NCBI GenBank assembly: GCA_963846575.1
Contig: CAWJWJ010000002.1
Location: 1,024,001-1,088,000 of the forward strand
DNA length: 64,000 bases
Direction: 5' to 3'
DNA from: an uncultured Nitrospiraceae bacterium
Lineage (GTDB): Bacteria; Nitrospirota; Nitrospiria; Nitrospirales; Nitrospiraceae
A model generated the notes under the pieces. That model was not told the DNA's origin. It was given only the letters and a program-made list of their open reading frames with translations, and made no database searches. The position numbers were made by a program, and so were the translations under genes. This document shows, piece by piece, positions 41,974 through 52,302 of this stretch. Each line of letters begins with the position of its first letter. Positions within the stretch are counted from its first letter, which is position 1.

Positions 41974-42852
41974 TCATCCTCGCAGGTGTACGACCTCCGC
42001 GCTTCTGACTTCCAGAATCGAATCCGGTGAAGTGGAAGCGTCGCCTGACCGCACTCGAAGGCAGAGGCATCCATCCCGGCCGATTGATTCAGCGACCCCT
42101 TGCACGACGCCTTGCTCCTCTACTGTCACCCGCACGGTTTGGCCGAGCGTAGAGCAGCGTGCCGCGAATTCCTCCGTCATTTCCTGCGGGCCGTCGAGAA
42201 CGAGGCGATCCATGCGCTGTTCAAGCCGTAACAAGAGGTCGGCCAGTATCGTCACACGATCGAATAGCCGTCCCTGGTCTGCGGCCAGCGAAGTGGCCCC
42301 GACCCTGAGTGCTTCCGGAAACGTTTCGACATCGGCGTTGATGTTCAAGCCGATTCCGATCACGACGGCCATGACCTTGTCCGGCGTGGATGTCTGTTCG
42401 CAGAGAATGCCGCCGATCTTTTTCTCGCCGATCAGGAGATCGTTCGGCCATTTCACGGAGACGGCCGTGCCCGCATGATGCGAGAGGCAATCGGCCGCCG
42501 CGAGGGCTGAGAACAGTGGAATCCAGGATAGCCAGGAGCCCGGGCGCGTGGATCCCGGTTCCGGCACCATGATTACGGAGCAATAGATGTTGTCCTGGAC
42601 CGGAGAGTGCCATCCACGCCCCCGTCGTCCACGGCCCGCCGTCTGACTGTCGGCGAGTATCGTCAGGCCATGAAGCGCCGATGGCCCGATGTGTTGTTGC
42701 AGACATGCCAGCGCGTCGGCATTGGTCGACCCCGTCGAGGGGGTATATCGCAAGAGCCTTCCGAAGGCGCGCGTCCGCAAGGCGGCTTGAAGCCGATCGA
42801 GTTCCCACCGATGACCGGATGACGCCTGCGGACCGTTAGGGGATTCGCCCAA
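41974..42852 (-). CDS. birA: Biotin--[acetyl-CoA-carboxylase] ligase (no HTH)
   Basis: STN, QTAGRGRRGR.W.SP, KWPND, KK..GILCE, GIGLN. Confidence 0.93.
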   Translation of the reverse strand: MGESPNGPQASSGHRWELDRLQAALRTRAFGRLLRYTPSTGSTNADALACLQQHIGPSALHGLTILADSQTAGRGRRGRGWHSPVQDNIYCSVIMVPEPGSTRPGSWLSWIPLFSALAAADCLSHHAGTAVSVKWPNDLLIGEKKIGGILCEQTSTPDKVMAVVIGIGLNINADVETFPEALRVGATSLAADQGRLFDRVTILADLLLRLEQRMDRLVLDGPQEMTEEFAARCSTLGQTVRVTVEEQGVVQGVAESIGRDGCLCLRVRSGDASTSPDSILEVRSAEVVHLRG

Positions 42853-43730
42853 GGCGCCCTCGTGGTGCGGAGAGGTCCATGCTGAGGTTGGCGGCCGGCG
42901 CGGAGTGGGTGAGGGCGCCCACCGAAATGAAGTCCGCCCCCGCCTGGGCCATGTCTTTGACGGTTTGAAGAGTCATTCCACCGGAAACTTCGACCAGGGC
43001 TCGTTTCTGTATGAGCTCCACGGCCTTCCGCACGAGGATAGGGGACATGTTGTCCAGCAAAATGATGTCGGCTCCGCCGGCCAACGCTTTCTTCACTTCG
43101 GGCAGGGTCTTGGCTTCGACTTCAATGCGAAGGGCATGCGGGGCGGCGGCGCGAGCGAGTCGGCAGGCGGCTGCCACGTCGACACCCTTTGCGCCTAATA
43201 TGGCAAGATGATTATCCTTGATGAGCAGGCCATCGCCGAGAGAAAAGCGGTGGTTCTTGCCGCCACCCAGACGAACGGCCCATTTCTCCAGCGCCCGGAG
43301 GCCCGGCGTAGTCTTGCGGGTATCGAGGATCGTCGTCGGATGGCCGTGAACCGCGTCACAAAATTGTGCCGTGAGTGTAGCGATGCCGGACAGGCGTTGG
43401 AGGAAATTCACCGCGACGCGTTCGGCCATGAGCAGAGATCGCGCATCCCCCCGGACCACCATGACCGGAGTCTCCGCCGGGACGCTGTGGCCGTCATGGA
43501 GGCTCTTGGTGATGCGCAGCGAAGGGTCGATGGCCAGGAAGACCTCGCGCGCGACCGCAAGCCCTGCCACGATCATCCGATGATGGGCGAGAATCGAGGC
43601 TCGTGCAGGAATGGCGCGTGGAAACAGTGCGGCCGTTGTCACGTCGCCGTGAGTCAGGTCTTCGTCGAGCGCCTGCCGTACCGCGCATCGAAGGGTTTGG
43701 AGGTCAGGCGGTGCTGATGGTGTGTTTCGT
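42836..43730 (-). CDS. nadC: Quinolinate phosphoribosyltransferase; true start unresolved
   Basis: ER...NFLQRLSGIAT, DTRKTTPG.R, NHR..L.D..LIKDNH, LLDNM, SVGALTHS; conserved ALDEDL..GDVT lies upstream of first GTG (43642). Confidence 0.93.
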
Positions 43731-46457
43731 TCAAGGGTACATTCGTTTCAGCGCTTGTTCAAGTAAGTGGATCATTCTGGTTTCGCGGCCGAGGCGAGCT
43801 TGATGGTCGATCAGCACATCAGGGGGAGCTTTCGAGACGAAGTCGGGATTGCCGAGTTTTTGTTGGGTGCGCGCCACTTCCTTCTGCAACAGCGCGATCT
43901 GCTTCAGCACGTTTTCCCTGGCCTTCTGAAGATCCGCGCCTTCCATTGTTGTGCCTACTTCGGTCGAGCCGCTCGTCAGCGTCAGCAGGTGAGGCGCGGT
44001 GATCTCCGCGGTGCTGCCGACCCACAGATCGTCCACGTTTTCCATATATTCAATCAGCGCTTTGTGTTTCCTGAACGCTGACTGAGCCTGGTCCGTCTGT
44101 CCATGGACCTTGAAGTGGAGACGTTTTCCGGCGGCATAGTTCAGGATCGCGCGCTCCTGGTTCATCAGGCCTCTGCATTCTTCCAGGAGGGCGAATTCTT
44201 CCTCCGCTTCAGCCGCGTCCCAGTCGGCCCGGACCGTCGGGTACGGTTGACGGACGATGCTGGAGCCCTCATGAGGCAGGGTTTGCCAGATCTCCTCCGA
44301 AATAAACGGCATGAACGGATGGAGCATCCGCATCATGGTTTCAAAGGTCTCGGCCAGGTTATGCCTGGTGGCCTTTGCGCTGCTGGACGTGGCTTCCTTG
44401 AGGTCGGGTTTGACCATCTCGATGTATTTGTCACAGTACTCATGCCAGATGAATTGGTAGAGCGCGCTCGATGCTCGATCAAAGCGATACTGTTCCAGGT
44501 CCTGATTGACCGTCCGGATGGTGGCATTCAATCGGCTAAGAATCCAGCGGTCGGGAAATGACCTCTGACCAGGCGGAACGTCGGCTCGTTCGCCATCGAG
44601 GTGCATAAGCAGGAAGCGGGCGGCATTCCAGATCTTATTAGTAAAGTTGCGATATCCTTCGATGCGTTCTTCAGCCAGCTTGACGTCCCGCCCCGGCGAC
44701 GCCATGGCCGCCATGGTAAACCGCAAGGCGTCAGTCCCGTACTGTTCCATCACATGCAGCGGATCGATGACGTTGCCCTTGGACTTGCTCATTTTCTGTC
44801 CTTCGGCATCGCGGACCAGGGCATGGATGTAGACGTCGCGGAACGGGACCTCCCCCATGAACTTTAAACCCATCATCATCATGCGGGCGACCCAGAAGAA
44901 AAGAATGTCGAGTCCGGTCACCAGGGTGGAGGTGGGATAGAACGTTTTCAACTCCGGCGTCTGCCGGGGCCATCCCAGGGTCGAAAAGGGCCAGAGGGCG
45001 GAGGAGAACCAGGTATCCAGCACATCGGGGTCTTGAACCAAGGCATCCGAGTGGCCTTTGGGACAGGCAGTGGGTTTGGTTTTCGCCACAATGGCGGACG
45101 CGTCGGATGGAATCAGGGGAGCCCCGTCTGACGTTCGCCGCAAGAAGGCGGTTCCGTGGCAGCTCTCGCAATACCAGGCCGGAATTTGATGGCCCCACCA
45201 GATCTGCCGTGAGATGCACCAGTCCTTGATGTCTCGCATCCAGCCGAGATAATTGTTTTTCCACGTCTCGGGAATGATCCGGACCCGACCGTCCTCCACG
45301 GCCTGCATGGCCGGTTCAGCCAGAGGTCTGATCTTCACAAACCATTGATCGGATAGAAGCGGCTCGACGATCGTTTTACACCGATAACACTTGCCGAGCG
45401 CTATCTTGTGAGGCTCCGATTTCTCGAGCAGGCCTCGATCTGTCAGGATCTGCTCGATTTTCGGCCTGGCCTTCGCGACGGGAAGTCCCTCGACTGCCTC
45501 GACCACGTCCGGCTCCGCCAGCGCGCCTGCCACCCGGATGTCGGCATGGATATCCATGATTTTGATGCGCTTGAGTTCATGCCGCTCCCCCGCCTCAAAG
45601 TCATTAAAGTCGTGAGCGGGCGTGATTTTGACCGCGCCGGTCCCGAATTCACGGTCCACGAGAATCGAATCACCCACGATGGGGATGGCCCTTGTCGTCA
45701 GGGGCAGCCGGACATGTTTGCCGATGAGGTGCCGATAACGCTCGTCGTTGGGGTGCACGGCCACAGCCGTGTCGCCGAGCATGGTCTCGGGTCGAGTGGT
45801 CGCGACCAACAAAAATTGCGAGGGGTCCTCAACGAGTGGATAGCGAATCGTATAGAGCTTTCCGGTGATCTCTTCGTGTTCGACTTCAATGTCGGATAAT
45901 GCGGTGAGGCAACGCGGGCACCAGTTGATCAATCGTTCGCCACGATAGAGTAACCCGTCCTCATGCAAGCGGACGAAGACCTCTCGAACGGCTTCCGATA
46001 GTCCCTCGTCCATGGTGAAACGCTCGCGCGTCCAATCACAGGAGGCCCCGAGCCGTTTGAGTTGGGAAATGATTGTCCCCCCGGACTTCTCCTTCCACCG
46101 CCAGACACGCTCGATGAACGCGTCGCGTCCGAGAATCTCCCGCGACGTGCCTTCAGCTTGAAGCTGCCGCTCCACCACGTTTTGGGTCGCGATACCCGCA
46201 TGGTCCATGCCCGGCATCCAGAGCGCATTGCGACCCTGCATCCGGCGCCACCGGATTAAAATGTCCTGAAGGGTGTTGTTCAATGCGTGGCCGACGTGTA
46301 GCGAACCGGTGACATTCGGCGGGGGGATCACGATCGAATAGGGTTGTCCAGGGTCGGAAGGGTTGGCATGAAACAGTCCGGCGTCGATCCACCGCTGGTA
46401 CCAGCGGTCTTCCACGTCATGCGGACTATACGTTTTGTCGAGTTGTGGCGTGGACAT
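43731..46457 (-). CDS. valS: Valine--tRNA ligase
   Basis: PPPNVTGSLHVGHA, DHAGIATQ, DWCISRQ.WWGH, KMSKS, C-terminal coiled coil. Confidence 0.99.
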   Translation of the reverse strand: MSTPQLDKTYSPHDVEDRWYQRWIDAGLFHANPSDPGQPYSIVIPPPNVTGSLHVGHALNNTLQDILIRWRRMQGRNALWMPGMDHAGIATQNVVERQLQAEGTSREILGRDAFIERVWRWKEKSGGTIISQLKRLGASCDWTRERFTMDEGLSEAVREVFVRLHEDGLLYRGERLINWCPRCLTALSDIEVEHEEITGKLYTIRYPLVEDPSQFLLVATTRPETMLGDTAVAVHPNDERYRHLIGKHVRLPLTTRAIPIVGDSILVDREFGTGAVKITPAHDFNDFEAGERHELKRIKIMDIHADIRVAGALAEPDVVEAVEGLPVAKARPKIEQILTDRGLLEKSEPHKIALGKCYRCKTIVEPLLSDQWFVKIRPLAEPAMQAVEDGRVRIIPETWKNNYLGWMRDIKDWCISRQIWWGHQIPAWYCESCHGTAFLRRTSDGAPLIPSDASAIVAKTKPTACPKGHSDALVQDPDVLDTWFSSALWPFSTLGWPRQTPELKTFYPTSTLVTGLDILFFWVARMMMMGLKFMGEVPFRDVYIHALVRDAEGQKMSKSKGNVIDPLHVMEQYGTDALRFTMAAMASPGRDVKLAEERIEGYRNFTNKIWNAARFLLMHLDGERADVPPGQRSFPDRWILSRLNATIRTVNQDLEQYRFDRASSALYQFIWHEYCDKYIEMVKPDLKEATSSSAKATRHNLAETFETMMRMLHPFMPFISEEIWQTLPHEGSSIVRQPYPTVRADWDAAEAEEEFALLEECRGLMNQERAILNYAAGKRLHFKVHGQTDQAQSAFRKHKALIEYMENVDDLWVGSTAEITAPHLLTLTSGSTEVGTTMEGADLQKARENVLKQIALLQKEVARTQQKLGNPDFVSKAPPDVLIDHQARLGRETRMIHLLEQALKRMYP

Positions 46458-46799
46458 AGTTACCCGGATACTAAGCACATTCCCGAGCGGCCGTCTCTCG
46501 TCGCTGTAATGCTACCGGTAGAGAGCGGAGGCCGCATTGCCTCGCGCTTGCGGTGGCCGTGCCGTCCGTCTAAGCATCGTGTGGGGGTATTCGTCCGCGG
46601 TCCCAACTGTTTCGATGCGTCCAAGGCGCGACGCGCGCGCATCTTACCATGTGCCGTGCGGGCTCACAAGATAACGGCTGCCCGTCTGCTCCGGTTCTAA
46701 AGGTTGTAGCGGACTGAAGCCCTGTGATATACATCCGGCGGTTCAGATAGGTTGACCAAATCGCCAGCCTGACAGCCCATTACCGTCGAAGGAGACACT

Positions 46800-46919
46800 A
46801 TGCCGAGGGGACGAGAGAAGGATCGGAAGACCCGTAAGAAGCATCGGAAGAACGTGGCGCGTGTGAAGGCGCTGGCCAAGTCGCGCCGAGCGGCGGCGAA
46901 AAAAGTGAAGCGAGGGTAG
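46800..46919 (+). CDS. 39-aa Lys/Arg-rich small protein (absent from ORF track)
   Basis: AAGGAG 5 nt before ATG; MPRGREKDRKTRKKHRKNVARVKALAKSRRAAAKKVKRG*. Confidence 0.7.
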   Translation: MPRGREKDRKTRKKHRKNVARVKALAKSRRAAAKKVKRG

Positions 46920-46931
46920 GCGAACGGGACG

Positions 46932-48107
46932 TTAGGCGGCAGAGCTCAACCGTTTGATCTCCGCCCGTATCTGAGTGTCTGCCATCTCCGGAACGATCCG
47001 CCGGACTGCCTGTTGGATCGGATCCTGTGCCATTTCGTGGACAATTTCCTCGGCTGCCTGCCGCGCACAGGTCGCGGCGACCTGGCCGACTTCTTCTTTC
47101 ACCAGCTGCTGGACCATTTGGAGATGTGCTTGCAGGGCCTCCGGCAGGTGCTTCTTCACCCCGGTCTCCGCGAGGTCACCCAGTCGCTCCACTGCGGACC
47201 GTTCCAGGATCGCCGGCGCCATATCTGAGACGGTCTGACGGATCGTCGTTTCAACGCCCGCGCGGTAGGCGGGGGCCTGTCGTCCAAGTTCGTCTAGAAT
47301 GAGGTCACGCATGGCCGTGCGGATACGTTCCGGGGCGAGTGCTTCCGCTAGTTGCCTCGACACTTCCCTTTGTACCGCCGCCCGGACTGCCATGCCTACC
47401 TGCTCTGTCACTGCTCTGGTAACGGCTTCTGGCAATCGCTCGCTGAGATCCCGGTCGGTTTGCAGGGCGACTGACTGCACAAGGTGCTCAAACAGTCCCT
47501 TCATCATGGCCTCTCCGCTGACCGGGGCCTGCGCCGGGTTGGTAGGAGTAGGGGGCGTTGTGTCAGCGGGTAATGATGCCATGGATGTCGCTTCCTTCTC
47601 CGTTTCGTCGCGGATGGCGCTCGCGGCGGCAACAGTCCGCGGCGGATCGTCATCCCCGTCGTCAATGACGGTGGAGACGGGTGGCCAGGTGCGGGCCTTC
47701 GCCGATTTTCTACCGTCTGGTGTTCCTGGAGCGCCGTTCAGGATGCCGTTAATCGTGTCGAGGAGCTGCTCGCTGCGGAAAGGTTTCTTGAGAACGGCTT
47801 GCACACCAAGGGCGCGTAGCGTGCCCTCGTCCAGCCGATCGGATGCGTTTACAATGGAAATGAGTAGCGTTTCGGCCAAATTGTCCTGCCGGCCGACCTC
47901 CTTGCAGAATCCCGAGAAGGTCATGTTTGCCAGATGAAAGTCGGCGATAATGAGCGCAGGGCTTTCATTGCGGGCAGCATCCAAGGCCGAAGGGCCATCC
48001 GGAAATCCGATCACCCTGAAGCCTTTGGGCGTGGAGAACTGTTCCACCATGCGACGCACGGCGGGACTGCTGTCGACTACGAAGATGGTGGATCCCGTCA
48101 CAGTCAC
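46932..48107 (-). CDS. RomR-like response regulator (receiver + Pro-rich linker + helical C-terminus)
   Basis: VVDSS...IIADF..KKPF receiver; C-terminal IQQAVRRIVPEMADTQIRAEIKRL. Confidence 0.8.
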   Translation of the reverse strand: MTVTGSTIFVVDSSPAVRRMVEQFSTPKGFRVIGFPDGPSALDAARNESPALIIADFHLANMTFSGFCKEVGRQDNLAETLLISIVNASDRLDEGTLRALGVQAVLKKPFRSEQLLDTINGILNGAPGTPDGRKSAKARTWPPVSTVIDDGDDDPPRTVAAASAIRDETEKEATSMASLPADTTPPTPTNPAQAPVSGEAMMKGLFEHLVQSVALQTDRDLSERLPEAVTRAVTEQVGMAVRAAVQREVSRQLAEALAPERIRTAMRDLILDELGRQAPAYRAGVETTIRQTVSDMAPAILERSAVERLGDLAETGVKKHLPEALQAHLQMVQQLVKEEVGQVAATCARQAAEEIVHEMAQDPIQQAVRRIVPEMADTQIRAEIKRLSSAA

Positions 48108-48297
48108 CTTCCTATGTCACTCAGCCGACGCTAACAAAGGCTTCTCGAACTGTCAAAGAAAAGGCCGATTCTGACGCCGATCCGCCGCTGCGGACGGATA
48201 GAAAGCTGGCGGACGTTTTTCCCATCCTGATAGAATCCGGCATCGTGCAGATGCGCAGTCCATCGGCGAACGGGAAGCTTGAGGAGTTCAGAACACG

Positions 48298-49023
48298 ATG
48301 ACGGAGAGTCGAATCCAAGTTGTATTTTTTGATGCGGCCGACACCCTGTTTCACATTCACGGGTCTGTCGCGGACATCTACCTGCAGTATGCCGAGAAGC
48401 ACGGGTTCAAAAAGACCGGGGAGTCCCGGGGATCAATCAAGGCGGCGTTCGGGCGCGCCTTCCGTGAAGCTCCACCGTCCGTCTTTGCCGCCACGGAGCC
48501 GCCGGCCATCAAACAATCGGAACGGTTGTGGTGGTTCGACATCGTCCACAATGTGTTCTATCGCGTGGGCATGTTCGAAGGGTTTGACGATTTTTTTGAA
48601 GAGGTCTTCGGCGTTTTCGAGCGGCCGGACTCATGGCGGCTGTTTCCGGAGACGCGAGAGGTGCTCACCGCGTTAAAAGACCGGGGGTACGAGTTGGGGA
48701 TTATTTCGAATTTTGACTCGCGGCTGTTTTCGGTGTTGCGGGGACTGGGGATTGCCGAGTTGTTCGATACGATCACGATCTCGAGTATGGCTCACGCCGC
48801 CAAACCGTCTGCCCGCATTTTTCAGCAGGCGTTGGATAAACACGCGGTCGACCCTTCGGATGCACTCCATGTCGGAGACAGCGAGCGTGACGATGTGAAG
48901 GGGGCGCAGGCGGTCGGTCTGACCGGGGTGCTGATAGCGCGGGGCGAACCGTCAGGTCCTTCAACGGGGACGACGATTTCAAGCCTGGACAAACTGCTCC
49001 CGCTTCTCTCACGACTCCAGTAG
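48298..49023 (+). CDS. HAD-IA family hydrolase
   Basis: FFDAADTL, ISNFD, KP...IF, HVGDS..DD..GA. Confidence 0.93.
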   Translation: MTESRIQVVFFDAADTLFHIHGSVADIYLQYAEKHGFKKTGESRGSIKAAFGRAFREAPPSVFAATEPPAIKQSERLWWFDIVHNVFYRVGMFEGFDDFFEEVFGVFERPDSWRLFPETREVLTALKDRGYELGIISNFDSRLFSVLRGLGIAELFDTITISSMAHAAKPSARIFQQALDKHAVDPSDALHVGDSERDDVKGAQAVGLTGVLIARGEPSGPSTGTTISSLDKLLPLLSRLQ

Positions 49024-49740
49024 TAATGGCACGATGTCTTTGGCGCGGCCTTGAAGCGCCGCATCGACAAGGCCCGTATGGGGCGTGGGATCAAGATTGA
49101 TCTCCACGACGAAGGCCCCGGCCTGTTTCGCAATGGAAGCAAACCCCGCCGCCGGATAGACCAGGCCTGACGTGCCGATTACGAGGCAGAGGTCGCTGGA
49201 CTGCAAGGCGTCGTTGCTCCGGCGAAGATCTTCAGCCGCCAGTGATTCTCCAAACCAGACAATGTGCGGTCGAAGAAGCGCGCCGCAGCCGGCACAGAGG
49301 GGGAGAATGGTGATGGGTACCTGTCGATTCTCGGCTACGCTTCCGCACTGAGTGCATCGTACCATCCAAATGTTACCGTGAATTTCTGAGAGATTCTGTG
49401 ACCCGGCGTCGCGGTGAAGTCCATCCACGTTCTGGGTGATCAGCCAGAACCGACCGACGCGCCGCTCCATGTGTGCCACCGCGTCGTGCGCGGGGTTGGG
49501 TCGTTTTGTGGCAATCAGTTCACGCCGCCAGTTGTACCACTCCCAGACCAGACGTGGGTCCCGCTCAAACGCTTCTGGTGTCGCCAAGTCCTCCGCGCGA
49601 AATGTTCGCCAGAGACCCTCGGAACCGCGAAAGGTCGGCACGCCGCTGTCGGCTGAAATGCCGGCACCGGTGAGCACGGTCACGGAGCGTGCCGCCGAAA
49701 GCTTTTTTTGAATCAGGCCGAGAGTTGATCCGTCTGGCAT
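49009..49740 (-). CDS. cobB: NAD-dependent protein deacylase (class III sirtuin)
   Basis: TGAGISADSGVPTFRG, Y..R acyl-pocket residues (WYNWRR), TQNVD.LH, HG, CxxC x2, RP.IVWFGE, GTS. Confidence 0.95.
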   Translation of the reverse strand: MPDGSTLGLIQKKLSAARSVTVLTGAGISADSGVPTFRGSEGLWRTFRAEDLATPEAFERDPRLVWEWYNWRRELIATKRPNPAHDAVAHMERRVGRFWLITQNVDGLHRDAGSQNLSEIHGNIWMVRCTQCGSVAENRQVPITILPLCAGCGALLRPHIVWFGESLAAEDLRRSNDALQSSDLCLVIGTSGLVYPAAGFASIAKQAGAFVVEINLDPTPHTGLVDAALQGRAKDIVPLLLES

Positions 49741-50250
49741 GTTCGTGGGGTAACGGCAAGGCAGAATAAAATTGAGACTACATCAAGCGCCCATATACGG
49801 GCGCTTGCCGTGATCACGCATTCTGGGTTGAGCCCGACCGCAGTATGGGCGAAGGGGAGTCGAACAGTCCAGTCCTTCCTCGGGCCTGGTCTGCCGAAGC
49901 ATGGATGCCACCCGTTCTCCTCTGGCTCGGCGCGAACGTAGGCGCCGGCAGCTCGTTCACGGGTGAATTTCATGAGTCGTGCACTGACGTTTCCCCCTCT
50001 CTCTGGGTTCCGCTCGCACCCGCCTCCACCCGAAACGGTCGATCAATCTTCGGCGCATCCTTTGTGCACAGTGCGTAGGATCGGAATCGGATTGTTCTCC
50101 GCCGGCGACGGGCCTGCCGACGCGTTGTAAGAGTTTTCTGTCATCGAGACCTCTTGGTAATTCTCCGAGTAGACAACGGCTCGTGTCCTGGTACACAGTT
50201 GCGTGTTTTATCGTACATTGCGGTTGCTCATCCTGGACTATTGAAAGGCC

Positions 50251-51357
50251 ATGGCCGTGAATGCCGAGAGCGGGCGATAGGGTGTTGCTGAAGCGAGAAT
50301 CCGAGTTGCCTGGAAGTCTTGATGTCCTTCCTGCTGCGGTGGTCTCGGCCGTCCGGCCACTAACAGACGGTTGTTCTGGACGGCGGAGATGCCGAACGTT
50401 CTGCGTCAGGTAGGGCGTACGGCCGAGGCGGATTGCGTGTGTGTGTTTGAGAACATGTCCTTCGGCCCGGCAGGCTGAGCACGAGCCTGTGCGCGCAATG
50501 GGTCGTTCAAGGAATGCCGTCGCGGTTGATGAACCCGGAACGCCAGGCTGTAGCCTATGAGGAGCGGGAGCCTCAACGGGGGCTGGATCTGTCTGCAAGC
50601 GCTCTCCCCGTATAGGGCCCGGTCAAGGATTTCTCCTGGCTCGAGCAGTGTCTTCTGATGTCGCTTGGCCTTGGATCTGCTGCGGTGTTTCCCATTTTTG
50701 ACGAACGGTCATGGTGGGGTCTTCTCGTTTGTGGAGTGGTTCGGGCGGGGGAGGGTGTGGCTGAACTCGGATCTGGCTGCGCTGCCCGTGGCAGCCGGCA
50801 CGGTGGGGTCCGCCGGCCTCGTGAAGCGGATGTACGGCTTGTATCGAAATGAATCGCAGCCAGCCGAGGTCCTTTCGCTCGAGACGGTCACTGAAGATTG
50901 TGCCTGTGTGCTCAAGTCAAAGCTGGCGCAGCGAAAAGTCATCCTCCAGACCAGGATTGCTCCGACTATTCCGCCGTTGCGACTGGTCCAGCGAGACCTG
51001 CTTCAAGTATGACTGAACCTGGTTCAAACGCGGTGGAAGCCTCGTTGGAGGGAACGATCATCGTGATTGATATCAGCCATGATGAAGACCATGTCCGCAT
51101 CGGTGTGTCCGACCAGGGATCCGGTATCGCGCCTGCCGAACTGCCTCGTATTTGTGAATCATTTTTTTCCGGAACGCGGAAAGCGCACACAAGGAGGGCT
51201 AGGCCTCGGGCTCTCCGTCTCCCACAACCTCCTGCAGGTCATGGGTGGAAAGATCGAGGTGGTCAGTGTCCCTCATAAGGGGTCGACCGTTACCGTGGTG
51301 CGCTCCCCGGCACCGATGACGCAGATGGGAACTCAGACGGAAGGACAGATTCGATGA
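50251..51357 (+). pseudogene. Decayed GAF-domain sensor histidine kinase
   Basis: GAF fragments (VLRQVG..AE.D..CVFEN; PIF...WWG; RVW..SD..AL) and HATPase fragments (LQV*LNLVQ/NAVEA; VSDQGSGI; GLGLGLSVS....MGG.IEV.S...GS) split by stops (50476, ~50613, 51010) and several frameshifts. Confidence 0.8.
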
Positions 51358-52118
51358 TCCACGAGCCAGCGCGTATTTTGATTGCCGACGACGACGAGAC
51401 GTTTCGATTGTCCACCGCTGTTCTCCTGCGGCAGATGGGTTATATCTGTGATGATGCCCAAGATTCGGACGAAGCCGCGAAACACTTGGAGCAGTCCTAT
51501 GATTTGTTGATTGCGGACATCCGTATGCCGGGTAATACTGAGTTAGAATTTCTTCGGTCCGTGCATGACCGCCTACCGGAACTTCCGGTGATCGTTTTAT
51601 CGGGCTATCCTTCCTTGGCGACGGCAATCGCTGCCTTGCGGTTGTCCGTCAGCGACTATCTCTTCAAGCCGGTCGAGTTCGCTGAACTGAAACAAGCCGT
51701 CGCCCGCGCGTTACTGAAGGGACGACTCTTGCGAGCGGTCCGCGATGCCTCTGTTGGAACCGCTCAATTGACTGCTGCGCTGGGTCACCTTAAGCAGGCT
51801 GTCACCGTCAGAGGTGGCGCCGAGCGACCTCCGTTGGTCGAGTGGACCGCCAAACGATATGTGGAGCAGGCCGTCTCACACATCGCACAATTATCGCTGG
51901 TCGTCGGTCAGGTAGTGGGGGGTCTCGAAGAGACCGAGAACCAAACAGCGGACGTCTGCCGAGTCATGCGGTGCGAGCGGTTGGCGGTCTATGAGGAGGC
52001 GCTGGAGGAGACGGTGGAGGTGCTGGCCCGCACCAAGAACGCATTCAAGTCGAGGGAATTGGGCGACTTGCGAAAGCGTCTGGAAACGGTCTTGAAATCG
52101 TCCCGGCGATTTACCTAG
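51354..52118 (+). CDS. Response regulator (receiver + unknown helical output domain)
   Basis: ILIADDD, LIADIRMPG, LSGYP, YLFKP; ATGA overlap with kinase remnant. Confidence 0.88.
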   Translation: MIHEPARILIADDDETFRLSTAVLLRQMGYICDDAQDSDEAAKHLEQSYDLLIADIRMPGNTELEFLRSVHDRLPELPVIVLSGYPSLATAIAALRLSVSDYLFKPVEFAELKQAVARALLKGRLLRAVRDASVGTAQLTAALGHLKQAVTVRGGAERPPLVEWTAKRYVEQAVSHIAQLSLVVGQVVGGLEETENQTADVCRVMRCERLAVYEEALEETVEVLARTKNAFKSRELGDLRKRLETVLKSSRRFT

Positions 52119-52214
52119 CCGATGTCGGATTCGGCCCAGGAGTGGCCTTCAGAGCCTGCCCCTGCATGTAAGCCCCCTGACAACTGGTTGTCTGCTGCAG
52201 GACCTGCCGCGGAG

Positions 52215-52239
52215 GCCGCCATCCGTGCAGGATGGCGGC
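52215..52239. terminator. Hairpin between convergent response regulator and cheW
   Basis: GCCGCCATCC-GTGCA-GGATGGCGGC perfect 10-bp stem; no clear U-tract. Confidence 0.45.
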
Positions 52240-52302
52240 GAACTCCTTCCATCGTAACTGGAACAGGTCTTGGCACGACCCTATGGGCCTGACTGATCGG
52301 TT

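Noticed and set aside
49784..49807. Inverted repeat CAAGCGCCC-ATATAC-GGGCGCTTG upstream of cobB
   Set aside because: Single short hairpin without a U-tract; function cannot be supported.
49957..50598. 213-aa minus-strand ORF
   Set aside because: No motifs, and it overlaps the GAF kinase remnant on the + strand, which explains the sequence better.
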